This document shows, one piece after another, positions 51,041 to 61,046 of a stretch of DNA of 64,000 bases. The stretch's first letter is position 1, and each line of letters starts with the position of its first letter. The stretch is from Candidatus Latescibacterota bacterium (GTDB lineage: Bacteria > Latescibacterota > UBA2968), in contig OZ242320.1 of the NCBI GenBank assembly GCA_965208125.1, positions 4,896,001 through 4,960,000 on the forward strand. Direction: 5' to 3'. The notes beneath the pieces are model-generated. The model was not told where the DNA came from and did not search any database. It worked only from the letters and a program-made list of their open reading frames with translations. The position numbers and the translations under genes were made by a program.

Positions 51041-51170
51041 ATAAAGCTCCTTGGTTGGACATTGGAGGCGACGCGCCTTGACCCGTAGTCAGGCGGGATG
51101 TATATTTAATTTGTAACCCAATTCAAGGTACGATTTATAGATTGATTGTCAAGTTATCAAGAGAGGATGA

Positions 51171-54038
51171 TTGACGATGAACCTCGCAGGAATGTTGATG
51201 CAAAAAATTGAGGGCGAAGTGCGATTTGATAAGATGTCGCGCATTCTTTACAGTACAGATGCGAGCATGTATCAAATTGAACCTGCTGGCGTTGTTTTGC
51301 CCAAACACAAGCAGGATGTTTTGCATGTCATCAATCTCGCCAATGAATACGAGGCTCCACTGATCCCTCGAGGTGGTGGCACCGGGCTTGCCGGCGGTGT
51401 GGTGGGCAACGGCATTGTAATGGATATGTCGAAATACATGAACCGCATTCTCGACTTCAATGCCGAAGAAGGTTGGGTCAGAGTTGAGCCAGGCGTGATA
51501 CTCGATGAACTCAATGCATTTCTCAAACCACACGGATTGCAATTTGCACCCGATGTGGCGACCAGCAGCCGCGCGACAATCGGGGGCATGGTGGCCAATA
51601 ATTCTGCTGGCGCGCATTCGGTTATTTACGGCAAGACTATTGATCACGTTTTAGAACTCGATTTGATCTTGTCCGATGGCACAGAAATAACGGTGGGGGA
51701 GTTAGACGAGCCTGTAGTGCAACAAAAATGCGAGCAGCAAGACCTCGAAGGCCAGGCGTATCGGGAGGTAATCCGCATAGCTCGGGAGAATGCCGAAGAA
51801 ATCGAGCGGCGATATCCCAAAATTTTGCGGCGGGTCGGCGGATATAATCTCGATGAATTTATCAAAAAGCAACCGTTCAATCTCGCGCGCATGGTCATTG
51901 GATCTGAGGGGACTCTGGCAACAGTTGTCGGGGCAAAGCTCAAGGCAATTCCACTGCCACAGACAAAGGTGCTGGGTATTGTTCAATTTAACGACCTGAT
52001 TGCGTCTATGAAGGCTGTCGCACCGATCTTAGAAACGGCTCCGGCTGCAGTAGAACTAATCGATAAGATGATTCTCGATCAGACCAAAGGGTCTATGGAA
52101 CTGTCCAGAATGCGTTCGTGGGTGCAGGGTGATCCAGAGGCTGTGCTGGCTGTTGAATACTACGGCGATTCAGAGGGTGAACTGGCCTCTAAGCTGGACG
52201 AACTCGAGGTGCTTCTGGGAAAACAGAATCTCGAATATACTTTTTCCCGTGCTATTTCCGATGTCGAGCAGGCCAATGTTTGGAATGTGCGCAAAGCGGG
52301 ACTGGGTTTGCTCATGGGCGTAAAAGGCGATTCCAAACCCATTGCTTTTGTCGAAGACGCCGCTGTTCCGCCGGAAAGGCTACCCGATTATATTTCTGAG
52401 TTTGGAGCTTTGGTGAAATCGCTCAATACGCGCGCGGGTTATTATGCACACGCCAGTGTGGGTTTGCTACACGTTCGGCCGATGGTCAATCTCAAAGATG
52501 CTGAAGAGATCGCAAAAATGCGATTTATCGCCGAATCCGTGCGAGACCTGGTGATGAAATACGGTGGTGCCGTAAGTGGAGAACACGGCGATGGCCTTGT
52601 TCGGAGTTGTTGGAACGAAACATTTTTTGGTACAACACTTTACGAGGCTTTTCGGGAGGTCAAACGCGCTTTTGACCCCAAAGGCCTGATGAATCCCGGC
52701 AAAATTGTCGATGCGCCGATGATGACCGAAAATTTGCGTTATGGGGTAGAATATCGCGCGAGCGAGATAAATACCCACTTCGATTTTTCCGCCGATGGGG
52801 GATTTCACCGCGCGGTTGAAATGTGCAATGGGGTGGGTGAGTGTCGCAAAAAGCTGGTGGGCACGATGTGTCCGTCTTATATGGCAACGCTGGAAGAAGA
52901 GCATTCGACGCGGGGGCGGGCAAACGCGCTTCGAGCGGCGATTTCGGGACGGTGGGAAGGCGGGCTTACAGATCATCGCATCAACGATGTGCTCGCGCTT
53001 TGTCTGGAGTGTAAAGCATGCAAAGCCGAGTGCCCATCCAATGTGGATATGGCAAAAATCAAGTATGAATTTAAGGCGCATTATTACGCCAAACACGGGC
53101 GGCCGTTGCGGTCTCTTTTATTTGGCAATGTGGAATTGATGGGCAAACTCGGATGCCTCGTTGCGCCCCTTGCCAATCGTTTGTCCAGGACGGGTATTTC
53201 AAAGTGGATGATGAAGCGTCTTGGGATCGCGCCTGCGCGGTCACTGCCGCCATTTGCGCGTCAGACATTTACACACTGGTTCGCCAGTCGCAACGCGCCT
53301 TCAAAAAATAAACGCGTCGTGTTTTTTGTCGATACGTACATAACCTACAATTATCCCGAAATTGGCAAGGCAGCCACAGCCTTGTTTGAAGCAGCGGGTT
53401 ATGAGGTCATTTTGGCCGTAAAGCGATGCTGTGGCCGCCCGATGCTTTCGAGCGGCTATATCGACCGCGTAAAAGAAAACGCCCTGTTTAATATTGAAAA
53501 TCTCTATCAATATACCGAGCAGGGATATCCCATTGTGGGCTTTGAACCGTCGTGTGTTTCGATGTTCACGGATGAATACGGCGATTTAATTGACGACCCG
53601 CGCGTGCGTGCCGTAGCCGACAATATTTATACTTTCGAAGCATTTGTGCAGACGTTTTCCGAACGGGGCGAATTTTCCGTGCCATTTACCGATCTTAAAA
53701 AAGACATTTTGCTCCACGGCCACTGCCATCAGAAGGCTCTGTGGGGAATGGGGACGTCTGAGGCCACGTTGGGATTGCCCGAGGGCTTTCGCGTGACGCC
53801 CATTCAGTCGGGTTGTTGCGGCATGGCGGGTTCTTTTGGCTATGAAGCCGAGCACTACGACGTGTCGCTCAAAGTGGGCGAGTCACGGCTGCTTCAGGTG
53901 GTTCGCGACGCAGATGACACAACCGAGATTGCCGCAGCGGGTTTGTCGTGCAGGCAGCAGATTGCACACGCCACAGGGCGCACTGCCCGTCATCCCGCCG
54001 AAGTATTAGCAGACGCCCTGGATAAGAGCAATGGGTAA
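51171..54038 (+). CDS. FAD-binding and Fe-S oxidoreductase (YdiJ-like 2-hydroxyacid dehydrogenase family)
   Basis: RGGGTG, SGEHGDG, CNGVGEC, CLECKACKAEC and CCGMAGSFG motifs; alternative start ATG 51177. Confidence 0.9.
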   Translation: MTMNLAGMLMQKIEGEVRFDKMSRILYSTDASMYQIEPAGVVLPKHKQDVLHVINLANEYEAPLIPRGGGTGLAGGVVGNGIVMDMSKYMNRILDFNAEEGWVRVEPGVILDELNAFLKPHGLQFAPDVATSSRATIGGMVANNSAGAHSVIYGKTIDHVLELDLILSDGTEITVGELDEPVVQQKCEQQDLEGQAYREVIRIARENAEEIERRYPKILRRVGGYNLDEFIKKQPFNLARMVIGSEGTLATVVGAKLKAIPLPQTKVLGIVQFNDLIASMKAVAPILETAPAAVELIDKMILDQTKGSMELSRMRSWVQGDPEAVLAVEYYGDSEGELASKLDELEVLLGKQNLEYTFSRAISDVEQANVWNVRKAGLGLLMGVKGDSKPIAFVEDAAVPPERLPDYISEFGALVKSLNTRAGYYAHASVGLLHVRPMVNLKDAEEIAKMRFIAESVRDLVMKYGGAVSGEHGDGLVRSCWNETFFGTTLYEAFREVKRAFDPKGLMNPGKIVDAPMMTENLRYGVEYRASEINTHFDFSADGGFHRAVEMCNGVGECRKKLVGTMCPSYMATLEEEHSTRGRANALRAAISGRWEGGLTDHRINDVLALCLECKACKAECPSNVDMAKIKYEFKAHYYAKHGRPLRSLLFGNVELMGKLGCLVAPLANRLSRTGISKWMMKRLGIAPARSLPPFARQTFTHWFASRNAPSKNKRVVFFVDTYITYNYPEIGKAATALFEAAGYEVILAVKRCCGRPMLSSGYIDRVKENALFNIENLYQYTEQGYPIVGFEPSCVSMFTDEYGDLIDDPRVRAVADNIYTFEAFVQTFSERGEFSVPFTDLKKDILLHGHCHQKALWGMGTSEATLGLPEGFRVTPIQSGCCGMAGSFGYEAEHYDVSLKVGESRLLQVVRDADDTTEIAAAGLSCRQQIAHATGRTARHPAEVLADALDKSNG

Positions 54039-54315
54039 TATCAAGCGCGTTCGCGTGATAATCAGCGGACGGGTTCAGGGCGTTGGATTCCGCTATTTCA
54101 CACAGCGAGAAGGCGAGCGCCTCGGGGTGGTCGGATGGGTAAAAAATTTACCCAATGGTGATGTTGAGGCTGAAGCAGAGGGGGATGAAACGCAAATTGA
54201 TGCATTTACAGAAGCGATAAGACGAGGACCTCCTGCATCTCGCATCCTGAATTACCAGATCAATGAGATACCTGTGAACCACAGGGATGTTGGGTTTGAC
54301 ATAAAATTTTTTTGA
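54031..54315 (+). CDS. acyP: acylphosphatase
   Basis: GRVQGVGFR and GWVKN motifs. Confidence 0.95.
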   Translation: MGNIKRVRVIISGRVQGVGFRYFTQREGERLGVVGWVKNLPNGDVEAEAEGDETQIDAFTEAIRRGPPASRILNYQINEIPVNHRDVGFDIKFF

Positions 54316-54335
54316 TAAATTTTAAGGGAAAAATA

Positions 54336-54848
54336 ATGGACTTAAAAAGAATTATTCGCGATGTGCCCGATTTTCCCAAAGCGGGTATCTTGTTCAAAGA
54401 TATTACGCCATTGCTTGCCGATGCGGACGCTCTTCGCGCATCGATAGAACAACTCGCACAACCCTATCGCAATGGGGCTGTCGATCTCGTTGTGGGAATT
54501 GAGTCGCGTGGTTTTATTTTTGGTACAGCGCTCGCACGAGAACTCGGTGTGGGCTTTGTACCGATCCGCAAACCCGGCAAGCTACCAGCAAATGCGATTT
54601 CCGCGGAATACGAATTGGAATACGGAACAGATAGGATTGAGATTCACACAGATGCAATCGCCAAAGGACAAAAGGTCGCTATTGTGGATGATTTGCTCGC
54701 AACCGGTGGCACAATGGCTGCAGCGTGTCAGCTCGTATCTGAACTCAAAGGGGAAATCGTCGGTATCTCTTTTGTTATTGAATTGGACTATTTAAACGGA
54801 CGAGAAAAACTCGAAAATTGGCCTATTAACACGCTGATTCACTATTGA
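54336..54848 (+). CDS. apt: adenine phosphoribosyltransferase
   Basis: DFPKAGILFKDITP, ESRGF, RKPGKLP and VDDLLATGGT motifs. Confidence 0.97.
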   Translation: MDLKRIIRDVPDFPKAGILFKDITPLLADADALRASIEQLAQPYRNGAVDLVVGIESRGFIFGTALARELGVGFVPIRKPGKLPANAISAEYELEYGTDRIEIHTDAIAKGQKVAIVDDLLATGGTMAAACQLVSELKGEIVGISFVIELDYLNGREKLENWPINTLIHY

Positions 54849-54856
54849 CATTATGT

Positions 54857-54929
54857 GCCCCTGTAGCTCAGAGGACAGAGTAGCGGATTCCTAATCCGTT
54901 GGTCGCAGGTTCGAGTCCTGCCAGGGGCA
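54857..54929 (+). tRNA. tRNA-Arg (anticodon CCT), CCA not encoded
   Basis: GCCCCTG/CAGGGGC acceptor stem, GCGGA-TTCCTAA-TCCGT anticodon arm, GGTTCGAGTCC T-arm. Confidence 0.95.
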
Positions 54930-54945
54930 CTTTTATAAAAAGAAA

Positions 54946-57177
54946 ATGATGGAATCAAATTTTCGTGGCAAGATAGGCATCTCCTACAAGGATTCAGAAC
55001 CAGATTGGCTTTCCCCCCCATCGTCAGACGGCGCTCCAAACGTCCTTGTGATTCTTCTGGATGATACCGGATTCGGCAATCTGGGTTGCTATGGTTCGAC
55101 AATCGAAACACCAAACATGGACGCCCTCGCAGCAAACGGGTTGCGGTACAACAATTTTCATGTCACGCCCTTATGTTCCCCGACCCGAGCATCTCTGTTA
55201 ACCGGCCGTAACCACCATGCCGTTGGTATGTCGACGATTGTCGATGGCGGTGATGCTGGGTTTCCCAACCGTCGAAGTCGCGTGAGCCGACACGCGGCAA
55301 CCCTGGCAGAGATGCTGAGCGAAGAAGGCTTCGCCACCTTTGCTCTCGGCAAATGGCATCTCAACCCCAGCACACAGAACTCGGCTGGTGGATCTCGCGC
55401 CGAATGGCCATTGCAACGCGGGTTCGATCGCTTCTACGGTTTCCTGCCGGGTGCCACCGACCAGTTCTATCCAGAGCTGACCTATGACAACCACCCTGTA
55501 TCGCCCCCAAAAACGCCTGAAGAAGGTTATCACCTCACAGAAGACCTGGTAGATCACGCCATCGAGTTTGTCAATGACCTCAAAGCCATGCGTCCCGAAA
55601 CACCGTTCTTCATGTACTTCGCGCCCGGTGCTATGCATAACCCACATCAAGTGCCAAAAGAATACATCGATAAATACAAAGGTCGTTTTGACGAAGGGTG
55701 GGACGTTGTCCGTGAGCGCTATTTTCAAAAGCAAACCGAACTTGGGATTATCCCTGACGGCACTCGCCTGCCACCCAGGAATCCTGGCGTACAGCCATGG
55801 GAAACACTGAGCCAGAATGAAAAGAATTTCGTGTGCCGACTGCAGGAAACATGGGCAGGTTTCCTTGAGCATACGGATGCACAAATCGGACGACTGATCG
55901 AACATCTGCGCGCTATTGATCAACTGGATAATACACTCCTGATACTCACCGCCGACAACGGCACCAGCCAAAACGGTGGTCCTTACGGTGTTATGAACAT
56001 TGGTCCAAGTCCCCTGCGCAATGCCGCAAACAATGGGCAGACCGTAGGCGGGAAAACCGGTCGCGCTTTACCAGAAGAAGATTTCGATGCCATACAGGAA
56101 AAACTGGATGACATCGGGAGCCCGCACAGCTACACCGATATCCCCTGGGGTTGGGCTCAGGTGGGCAACACACCCTTGCCATGGTACAAGCAGGATACAC
56201 ATGCGGGCGGTGTACGCGTGCCGATGATCATTCACTATCCACCATCCATAAAAGATGCTGGCGGTGTAAGGGGACAGTTCCACTTCGTTTCAGATCTCAC
56301 ACCAACAATACTTGAAGTACTCAATTTACAACCTCGGTCGTGCTACCGTGGATACGATCAGATGCCTATTACGGGAACGAGCATGGCCTACACTTTTGGC
56401 GACAGAGATTGCCCTACGCAAAAATCTGTTCAGTATTTTGAAATGATGGGCAACCGTGCGCTCTGGCTCGACGGCTGGATGGCTGTTACCAGACACGACC
56501 CAGACGACGATTACAATGATGACGAATGGGAATTGTATTATCTCGATGAAGATTTCTCGCAATCCAATAACCTCGCAAAGGCCGAGCCAGATCAACTGAA
56601 AAAGCTGATTGAAAGATGGTGGGTAGAAGCCGGACGCTATGGCGTCTTGCCTCTGCGCTCTGGGCTGCCACCGCGCCCCACCACTGCGGAACCCGATTCG
56701 CTGACGTATCATTTTGTTCCGCCAATGGCTCGCATTGCATCAAAACAATCGCCCGCACTGGAACAGGGAAACTGGTCATTAACTGCCGAAGTTGAGATCC
56801 TGCCAGAAACCGAAGGCGTCATCTATGCCCAGGGAAAATCCCTCGATGGATTTTCTTTATTCATACAGAATGGCACACTGTGCTTTGTGTATAACGCGCT
56901 GGGTCAAACAATCTCAGGTCGTTCCACAACGACGCTTCCCAATGGTCGTATTACCGTGGGCGCTGCGTTCAAACCAGCCGACGATGGCACAGGAACCATC
57001 ACTCTCACGGAAGATGGCGAGACAATCGGTTCGATCCAAATTCCAGATACCACACGCAGGTCAAAGATGCGCGGTGTAGAAGTCGGTCGCAACCGACATT
57101 CACCCATCGCGGGCGTTTCACCTTTTGAATTCACTGGCGTTATCCATTTTGTAGATATATGCGTAGAACTTAGGTGA
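54946..57177 (+). CDS. arylsulfatase (Cys-type formylglycine sulfatase) with an extra C-terminal beta domain
   Basis: LDDTGF, CSPTRASLLTGR, GKWHL and DNG motifs; no obvious signal peptide. Confidence 0.93.
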   Translation: MMESNFRGKIGISYKDSEPDWLSPPSSDGAPNVLVILLDDTGFGNLGCYGSTIETPNMDALAANGLRYNNFHVTPLCSPTRASLLTGRNHHAVGMSTIVDGGDAGFPNRRSRVSRHAATLAEMLSEEGFATFALGKWHLNPSTQNSAGGSRAEWPLQRGFDRFYGFLPGATDQFYPELTYDNHPVSPPKTPEEGYHLTEDLVDHAIEFVNDLKAMRPETPFFMYFAPGAMHNPHQVPKEYIDKYKGRFDEGWDVVRERYFQKQTELGIIPDGTRLPPRNPGVQPWETLSQNEKNFVCRLQETWAGFLEHTDAQIGRLIEHLRAIDQLDNTLLILTADNGTSQNGGPYGVMNIGPSPLRNAANNGQTVGGKTGRALPEEDFDAIQEKLDDIGSPHSYTDIPWGWAQVGNTPLPWYKQDTHAGGVRVPMIIHYPPSIKDAGGVRGQFHFVSDLTPTILEVLNLQPRSCYRGYDQMPITGTSMAYTFGDRDCPTQKSVQYFEMMGNRALWLDGWMAVTRHDPDDDYNDDEWELYYLDEDFSQSNNLAKAEPDQLKKLIERWWVEAGRYGVLPLRSGLPPRPTTAEPDSLTYHFVPPMARIASKQSPALEQGNWSLTAEVEILPETEGVIYAQGKSLDGFSLFIQNGTLCFVYNALGQTISGRSTTTLPNGRITVGAAFKPADDGTGTITLTEDGETIGSIQIPDTTRRSKMRGVEVGRNRHSPIAGVSPFEFTGVIHFVDICVELR

Positions 57178-57211
57178 GGAACTAATCAGGGAATGATATA
57201 TGGAGGATTGA

Positions 57212-57886
57212 ATGATCTATACCATCCGCAAATTTCACGTTCACCGCAAAGACTACGCCGAATTTGTTCGCTTTAGCGAAGAACAGATCTGGCCAGCCAT
57301 CGAAGAAAAAGGAGCGCGTGCACTCGGCCTCTGGGTCGTTGCCATAGGTGGACCCGAACGCATCTTTCTCATGACGCGATACGACAGCCATGGTCATTGG
57401 GAAGAAACCCGAAATTGGGACAATCTCGCCAATGAAGGCAGTGGACGTGCCGCACTCGTACACGAAACCGAATGTATTTCCCTATTGCCCCTCACGCAAA
57501 GACAGCCTGATAGCGACGCCCCCGAAAAAGAGCCTGGCATTTATACTCTGCGCTCATTCAAAGTCGCGCCTACCGACGTTTCGCGTTTTGTCGACTTATC
57601 AGAAAATCAGTGGTGGCCCTGGGTCACCCGAGGCGAAGATGTGCGCCCCATTGGCCAATGGATAACCAAATCAGCACCCGAAGACCGCATCTACATGATG
57701 ACGCGATACGACAGCCTGTATCATTGGGAAGGCCATCACAGCAATGTCGGCACCATCGCACAACCCGATGATCCCGAAATGGGCAAAGTCTGGGAAATCG
57801 GCCAAAAAGCCATTCAAGAGCGCAAAAAAATCACCATCGATACCAACGTCAAAGTTCTGCGTCCCATCACCAGCAGAAGACCATAA
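57212..57886 (+). CDS. tandem NIPSNAP-like domain protein
   Basis: Two internal repeats: IYTIR..IWP..LMTRYDS..HWE and IYTLR..WWP..MMTRYDS..HWE. Confidence 0.7.
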   Translation: MIYTIRKFHVHRKDYAEFVRFSEEQIWPAIEEKGARALGLWVVAIGGPERIFLMTRYDSHGHWEETRNWDNLANEGSGRAALVHETECISLLPLTQRQPDSDAPEKEPGIYTLRSFKVAPTDVSRFVDLSENQWWPWVTRGEDVRPIGQWITKSAPEDRIYMMTRYDSLYHWEGHHSNVGTIAQPDDPEMGKVWEIGQKAIQERKKITIDTNVKVLRPITSRRP

Positions 57887-57898
57887 CAGGAGGCCCCA

Positions 57899-59572
57899 AT
57901 GCCCCAAATGACAGGTGCACGATTTCTCGCAGAAACCGTGCATGGCCACGGAATAGACACCGTCTTTTTTATGCCTTACATCGCGCCCCGAGCATTGATG
58001 GAAATGGAAAATCTTGGCATGAAACGCGTGCAAACCCACGGAGAAAAAGCCGCCGCGTACATGGCCGATGCGTATGCGCGCGTCAGACGCGGTCCAGGTC
58101 TTTGTATGGCCCAATCCGTTGGTGCCGTTAACCTCGCTGCTGGTCTTCAAGACGCCTATCTTGCCTGCTCGCCTGTTATCGCAATCACAGGCAAAGAAAG
58201 CCATGTCAATCAGCTCCGCCATGCCTATCAGGAAGTCGATCACCGAAACCCGTTTGGTGCAGTTACAAAATACACCGCTGATGTCCACGCCGTCGATCTG
58301 TTGCCCGTGTATTTGCGGCAGGCTTTTCGATCAGCCACCACAGGCACACCAGGCCCCGTACATCTCGATCTACAAGGTCTTGCCGGTCAAGTCGTCGTTG
58401 AAGCCGAAGCCGATTTTGAAGTCGTCATCGAATCTGCCTTTTCCCAGATTCCACCTTTTCGCCCGACTGCCGAACCCGAATTGATCACCGAAGCCCTCAG
58501 CCTTCTTTCTCAAGCCAAAAAGCCGATCATCATGGCCGGTGGTGGCGTGACCACATCCGACGCGAGAGCCGAACTCATCGCTCTCGCCGAAAAACTTTCC
58601 ATTCCCGTCGCCACATCCCTCAATGCCAAAGCCATGTTTCCCGCCGATCACGAACTCGCTATCGGCACACCCGGTTCATACTCACGCGCCTGTGCCAATC
58701 AGGCCATGTTTGAAACCGATCTGGTTTTCTTCATCGGCAGTCATACGGGCGGGCAGGTTACCAATGGGTATAAAGTGCCGCCACAAGGCACGCCCATCAT
58801 TCAACTCGACATCAATGCCGAAGAATTGGGTCGCAACTATCCCCTCACCCTCGGCCTTCAAGGCGACGTGCGAAACACATTGCGCCTCATGATTGATCAG
58901 GCCAGCAAAGCAGAGCCTCGCACCCAATGGATCGCCCGCATCCACGAACTCGTCAACGCATGGAAAGAAGACATGGCCAAACATGTCAACTCCGACATTG
59001 AACCCATGCGTCCCGAACGCCTCTGCAAAGAACTGTCTGACTTTCTTCCTTCCGATGCCATACTCGTCTCCGACACAGGACACTCCGGCATCTGGACCGG
59101 CACCATGCTCGACTTCAAATATCCCACACAATCTTATATCCGCTGTTCTGGTTCACTCGGCTGGGGTTTCCCTGCAGCCCTCGGTGCCAAATGCGCCGCA
59201 CCAGACCGTCCCGTCATTTGCTTCACTGGCGATGGAGGCATCTGGTATCACATGACCGAACTCGACACCGCCCTGAAATCCGAAATCAACACCGTCACCG
59301 TCATCAACAACAACCATTCGCTGAACCAGGAACAAGGTGGTGTAGAACACACCTATGGCGGTCGTACCAAAGGCTCTGACGAACTCTGGCTCTTCCCAGA
59401 CGCAGACTTTGCCAAAATGGCCGAAGCCATGGGGTGCTTTGGCATCACCGTCAACAAAATCAGCGAGCTGCAAAGTGCTCTTGAGCAAGCCCTCAACGCA
59501 GGCAAACCCGCCGTCGTCGATGTCAAAACCCATCTCGAAGGCATTGCTGCAAAAGCCTGGATGCCAGCCTAA
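57899..59572 (+). CDS. thiamine pyrophosphate-dependent enzyme (acetolactate synthase-like fold)
   Basis: EKAAAYMADAYAR, GPVHLD and TPP motif GDGG...NN. Confidence 0.92.
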   Translation: MPQMTGARFLAETVHGHGIDTVFFMPYIAPRALMEMENLGMKRVQTHGEKAAAYMADAYARVRRGPGLCMAQSVGAVNLAAGLQDAYLACSPVIAITGKESHVNQLRHAYQEVDHRNPFGAVTKYTADVHAVDLLPVYLRQAFRSATTGTPGPVHLDLQGLAGQVVVEAEADFEVVIESAFSQIPPFRPTAEPELITEALSLLSQAKKPIIMAGGGVTTSDARAELIALAEKLSIPVATSLNAKAMFPADHELAIGTPGSYSRACANQAMFETDLVFFIGSHTGGQVTNGYKVPPQGTPIIQLDINAEELGRNYPLTLGLQGDVRNTLRLMIDQASKAEPRTQWIARIHELVNAWKEDMAKHVNSDIEPMRPERLCKELSDFLPSDAILVSDTGHSGIWTGTMLDFKYPTQSYIRCSGSLGWGFPAALGAKCAAPDRPVICFTGDGGIWYHMTELDTALKSEINTVTVINNNHSLNQEQGGVEHTYGGRTKGSDELWLFPDADFAKMAEAMGCFGITVNKISELQSALEQALNAGKPAVVDVKTHLEGIAAKAWMPA

Positions 59573-59651
59573 GCAGAACAACGCGCCCAGATCAAAGAAG
59601 TTCTATCAACAATCGTTTAATCATAAATATCATTTTTTTGGAGGAGCAACA

Positions 59652-60398
59652 ATGTCAATCGAGCAATTACAAGAATATGGCCTAACCGGTCCTTTTGAGT
59701 TGGCAGACAAATCCCTCGTCGATGCCGTATGTGAGGTCGGGATAGAACTACAAGCGCTACAACGCCAGGAAAATATCGTGCGCCAGTTGGCAGGACAAGA
59801 ACCCCAATTTAGAACGAAGATCGATAGACACATGGAATTCAAGGTGATGAGAGACCTCTGTCTCGATGAAAATGTAAAGTCCGTGGTGTCCGAACATTTC
59901 GGCAATGATCTTTTTATCTGGGGTAGCGTTTTTCAATTGAAATCTGAAGGCGTGTCAGAAAATATATGGCACCACGATCGCGCATACGAAAACGGTCGCG
60001 ATCAAGTCAATCTCTATGATACCAGCAACCACTTCTCTATTCTGTTCGCGCTGACCGATATTGGCTACGGTGCTGGTAGAATCGAATATGTGAAGGGATC
60101 TCATCAACCCATTGATGGGTGGAACAGAGAGATGCGTTTTGTAAAACAAGTGCCGGAAATCGTCCATGACAGGATCGAGACACTGACGATGAAAAGGGGT
60201 GAATTCGTGGTGTTTCATTCTCAAATCATGCATCGCAGCCTGCCTTTTGAGTATGGCGAGCCAAGAATCTCATTGGCCGTCAGACTCGCGAGGAAGGGCA
60301 CACAAATCCCCGATTATTTTCCACAAAATCCAAATCCAGCCGCAGAAACACAAGGAATCGCCCGTTTCAATCAGTCGGCGACGTTTTCTTTCAACTAA
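59652..60398 (+). CDS. PhyH-family Fe(II)/2-oxoglutarate dioxygenase
   Basis: WHHD...MHRS...RISL facial triad; GGAGG RBS before ATG 59652. Confidence 0.82.
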   Translation: MSIEQLQEYGLTGPFELADKSLVDAVCEVGIELQALQRQENIVRQLAGQEPQFRTKIDRHMEFKVMRDLCLDENVKSVVSEHFGNDLFIWGSVFQLKSEGVSENIWHHDRAYENGRDQVNLYDTSNHFSILFALTDIGYGAGRIEYVKGSHQPIDGWNREMRFVKQVPEIVHDRIETLTMKRGEFVVFHSQIMHRSLPFEYGEPRISLAVRLARKGTQIPDYFPQNPNPAAETQGIARFNQSATFSFN

Positions 60399-60407
60399 CT
60401 TCGACTG

Positions 60408-60848
60408 ATGATCTATCATCCAGAAGCCACGCCCAGGAGAACGCCGGCATTAACCAGCATCATCGATATTCCACCGACCGTTCTGGACGTCTTCAACACG
60501 GAGCATTCTGGGCCGGTTGAGGGCAATTCCCTTTTGCCCATCGTATTGGATGGCGGCGACCAAAATCACGATTACGCCATCACGCATGGCGCGTGGGTCG
60601 GCGGCTGGAGTCCCGATGGTGGCAATCCCCAGGGCCAGGTAACTGACGGCGAATGGACGCTTCTGCTAGAGAACCAGGGTCCGCCCGACAAGCTTTACCA
60701 TCTGCCTTCCGATCCAGGTCAAAACGAGAATCGGTTCGAATCGAGCGCCGATGAAGTTCGAAGACTCTACGACGCATTTCTTAACTTCATCGATCAGAAC
60801 GGTGGGCCTCCCGAAATGGTGGAATCCTTTCGCAATAGAATGCCCTAG
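60408..60848 (+). pseudogene. C-terminal fragment of a sulfatase-family protein
   Basis: LMIYHP, IDIPPTVLD, EGNSLLP and LYHLPSDPGQNEN are sulfatase C-terminal motifs; no catalytic N-terminus and no room for one. Confidence 0.7.
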
Positions 60849-60881
60849 TAGTACCAGTGCCGAACCAGAAAGAGGCCAGTT

Positions 60882-61046
60882 ATGAAACACACACACTCAG
60901 ACGGTCCAATCAAACTCACCTATCCCGAAGGTTATGATCCCTGGCAAATTTCTATCGATAAACTGTGTGATCCCTGGAGTGAGTGGGATGGCATGCAGGA
61001 AGTCGTTGCTGAGGCACAAAATTCGGGAGATCAAAGCGATGCTTGA
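60882..61046 (+). CDS. small acidic ORF (54 aa) or gene remnant
   Basis: AAAGAGG RBS; MKHTHSDGPIKLTYPEGYDPWQISIDKLCDPWSEWDGMQEVVAEAQNSGDQSDA; stop overlaps the kinase start. Confidence 0.4.
   Translation: MKHTHSDGPIKLTYPEGYDPWQISIDKLCDPWSEWDGMQEVVAEAQNSGDQSDA

Noticed and set aside
51154-51190. TTATCAAGAGAGG...CGATGAACCTCG resembles the 5' end of a SAM-I riboswitch
   Set aside because: Lacks the GAGGGA-TGGCCC core and the 3' half; explained by the RBS and start codons of the oxidoreductase
59652-60398. SyrB2-like halogenase
   Set aside because: The facial triad is HxD (WHHD); halogenases have Ala or Gly in place of Asp
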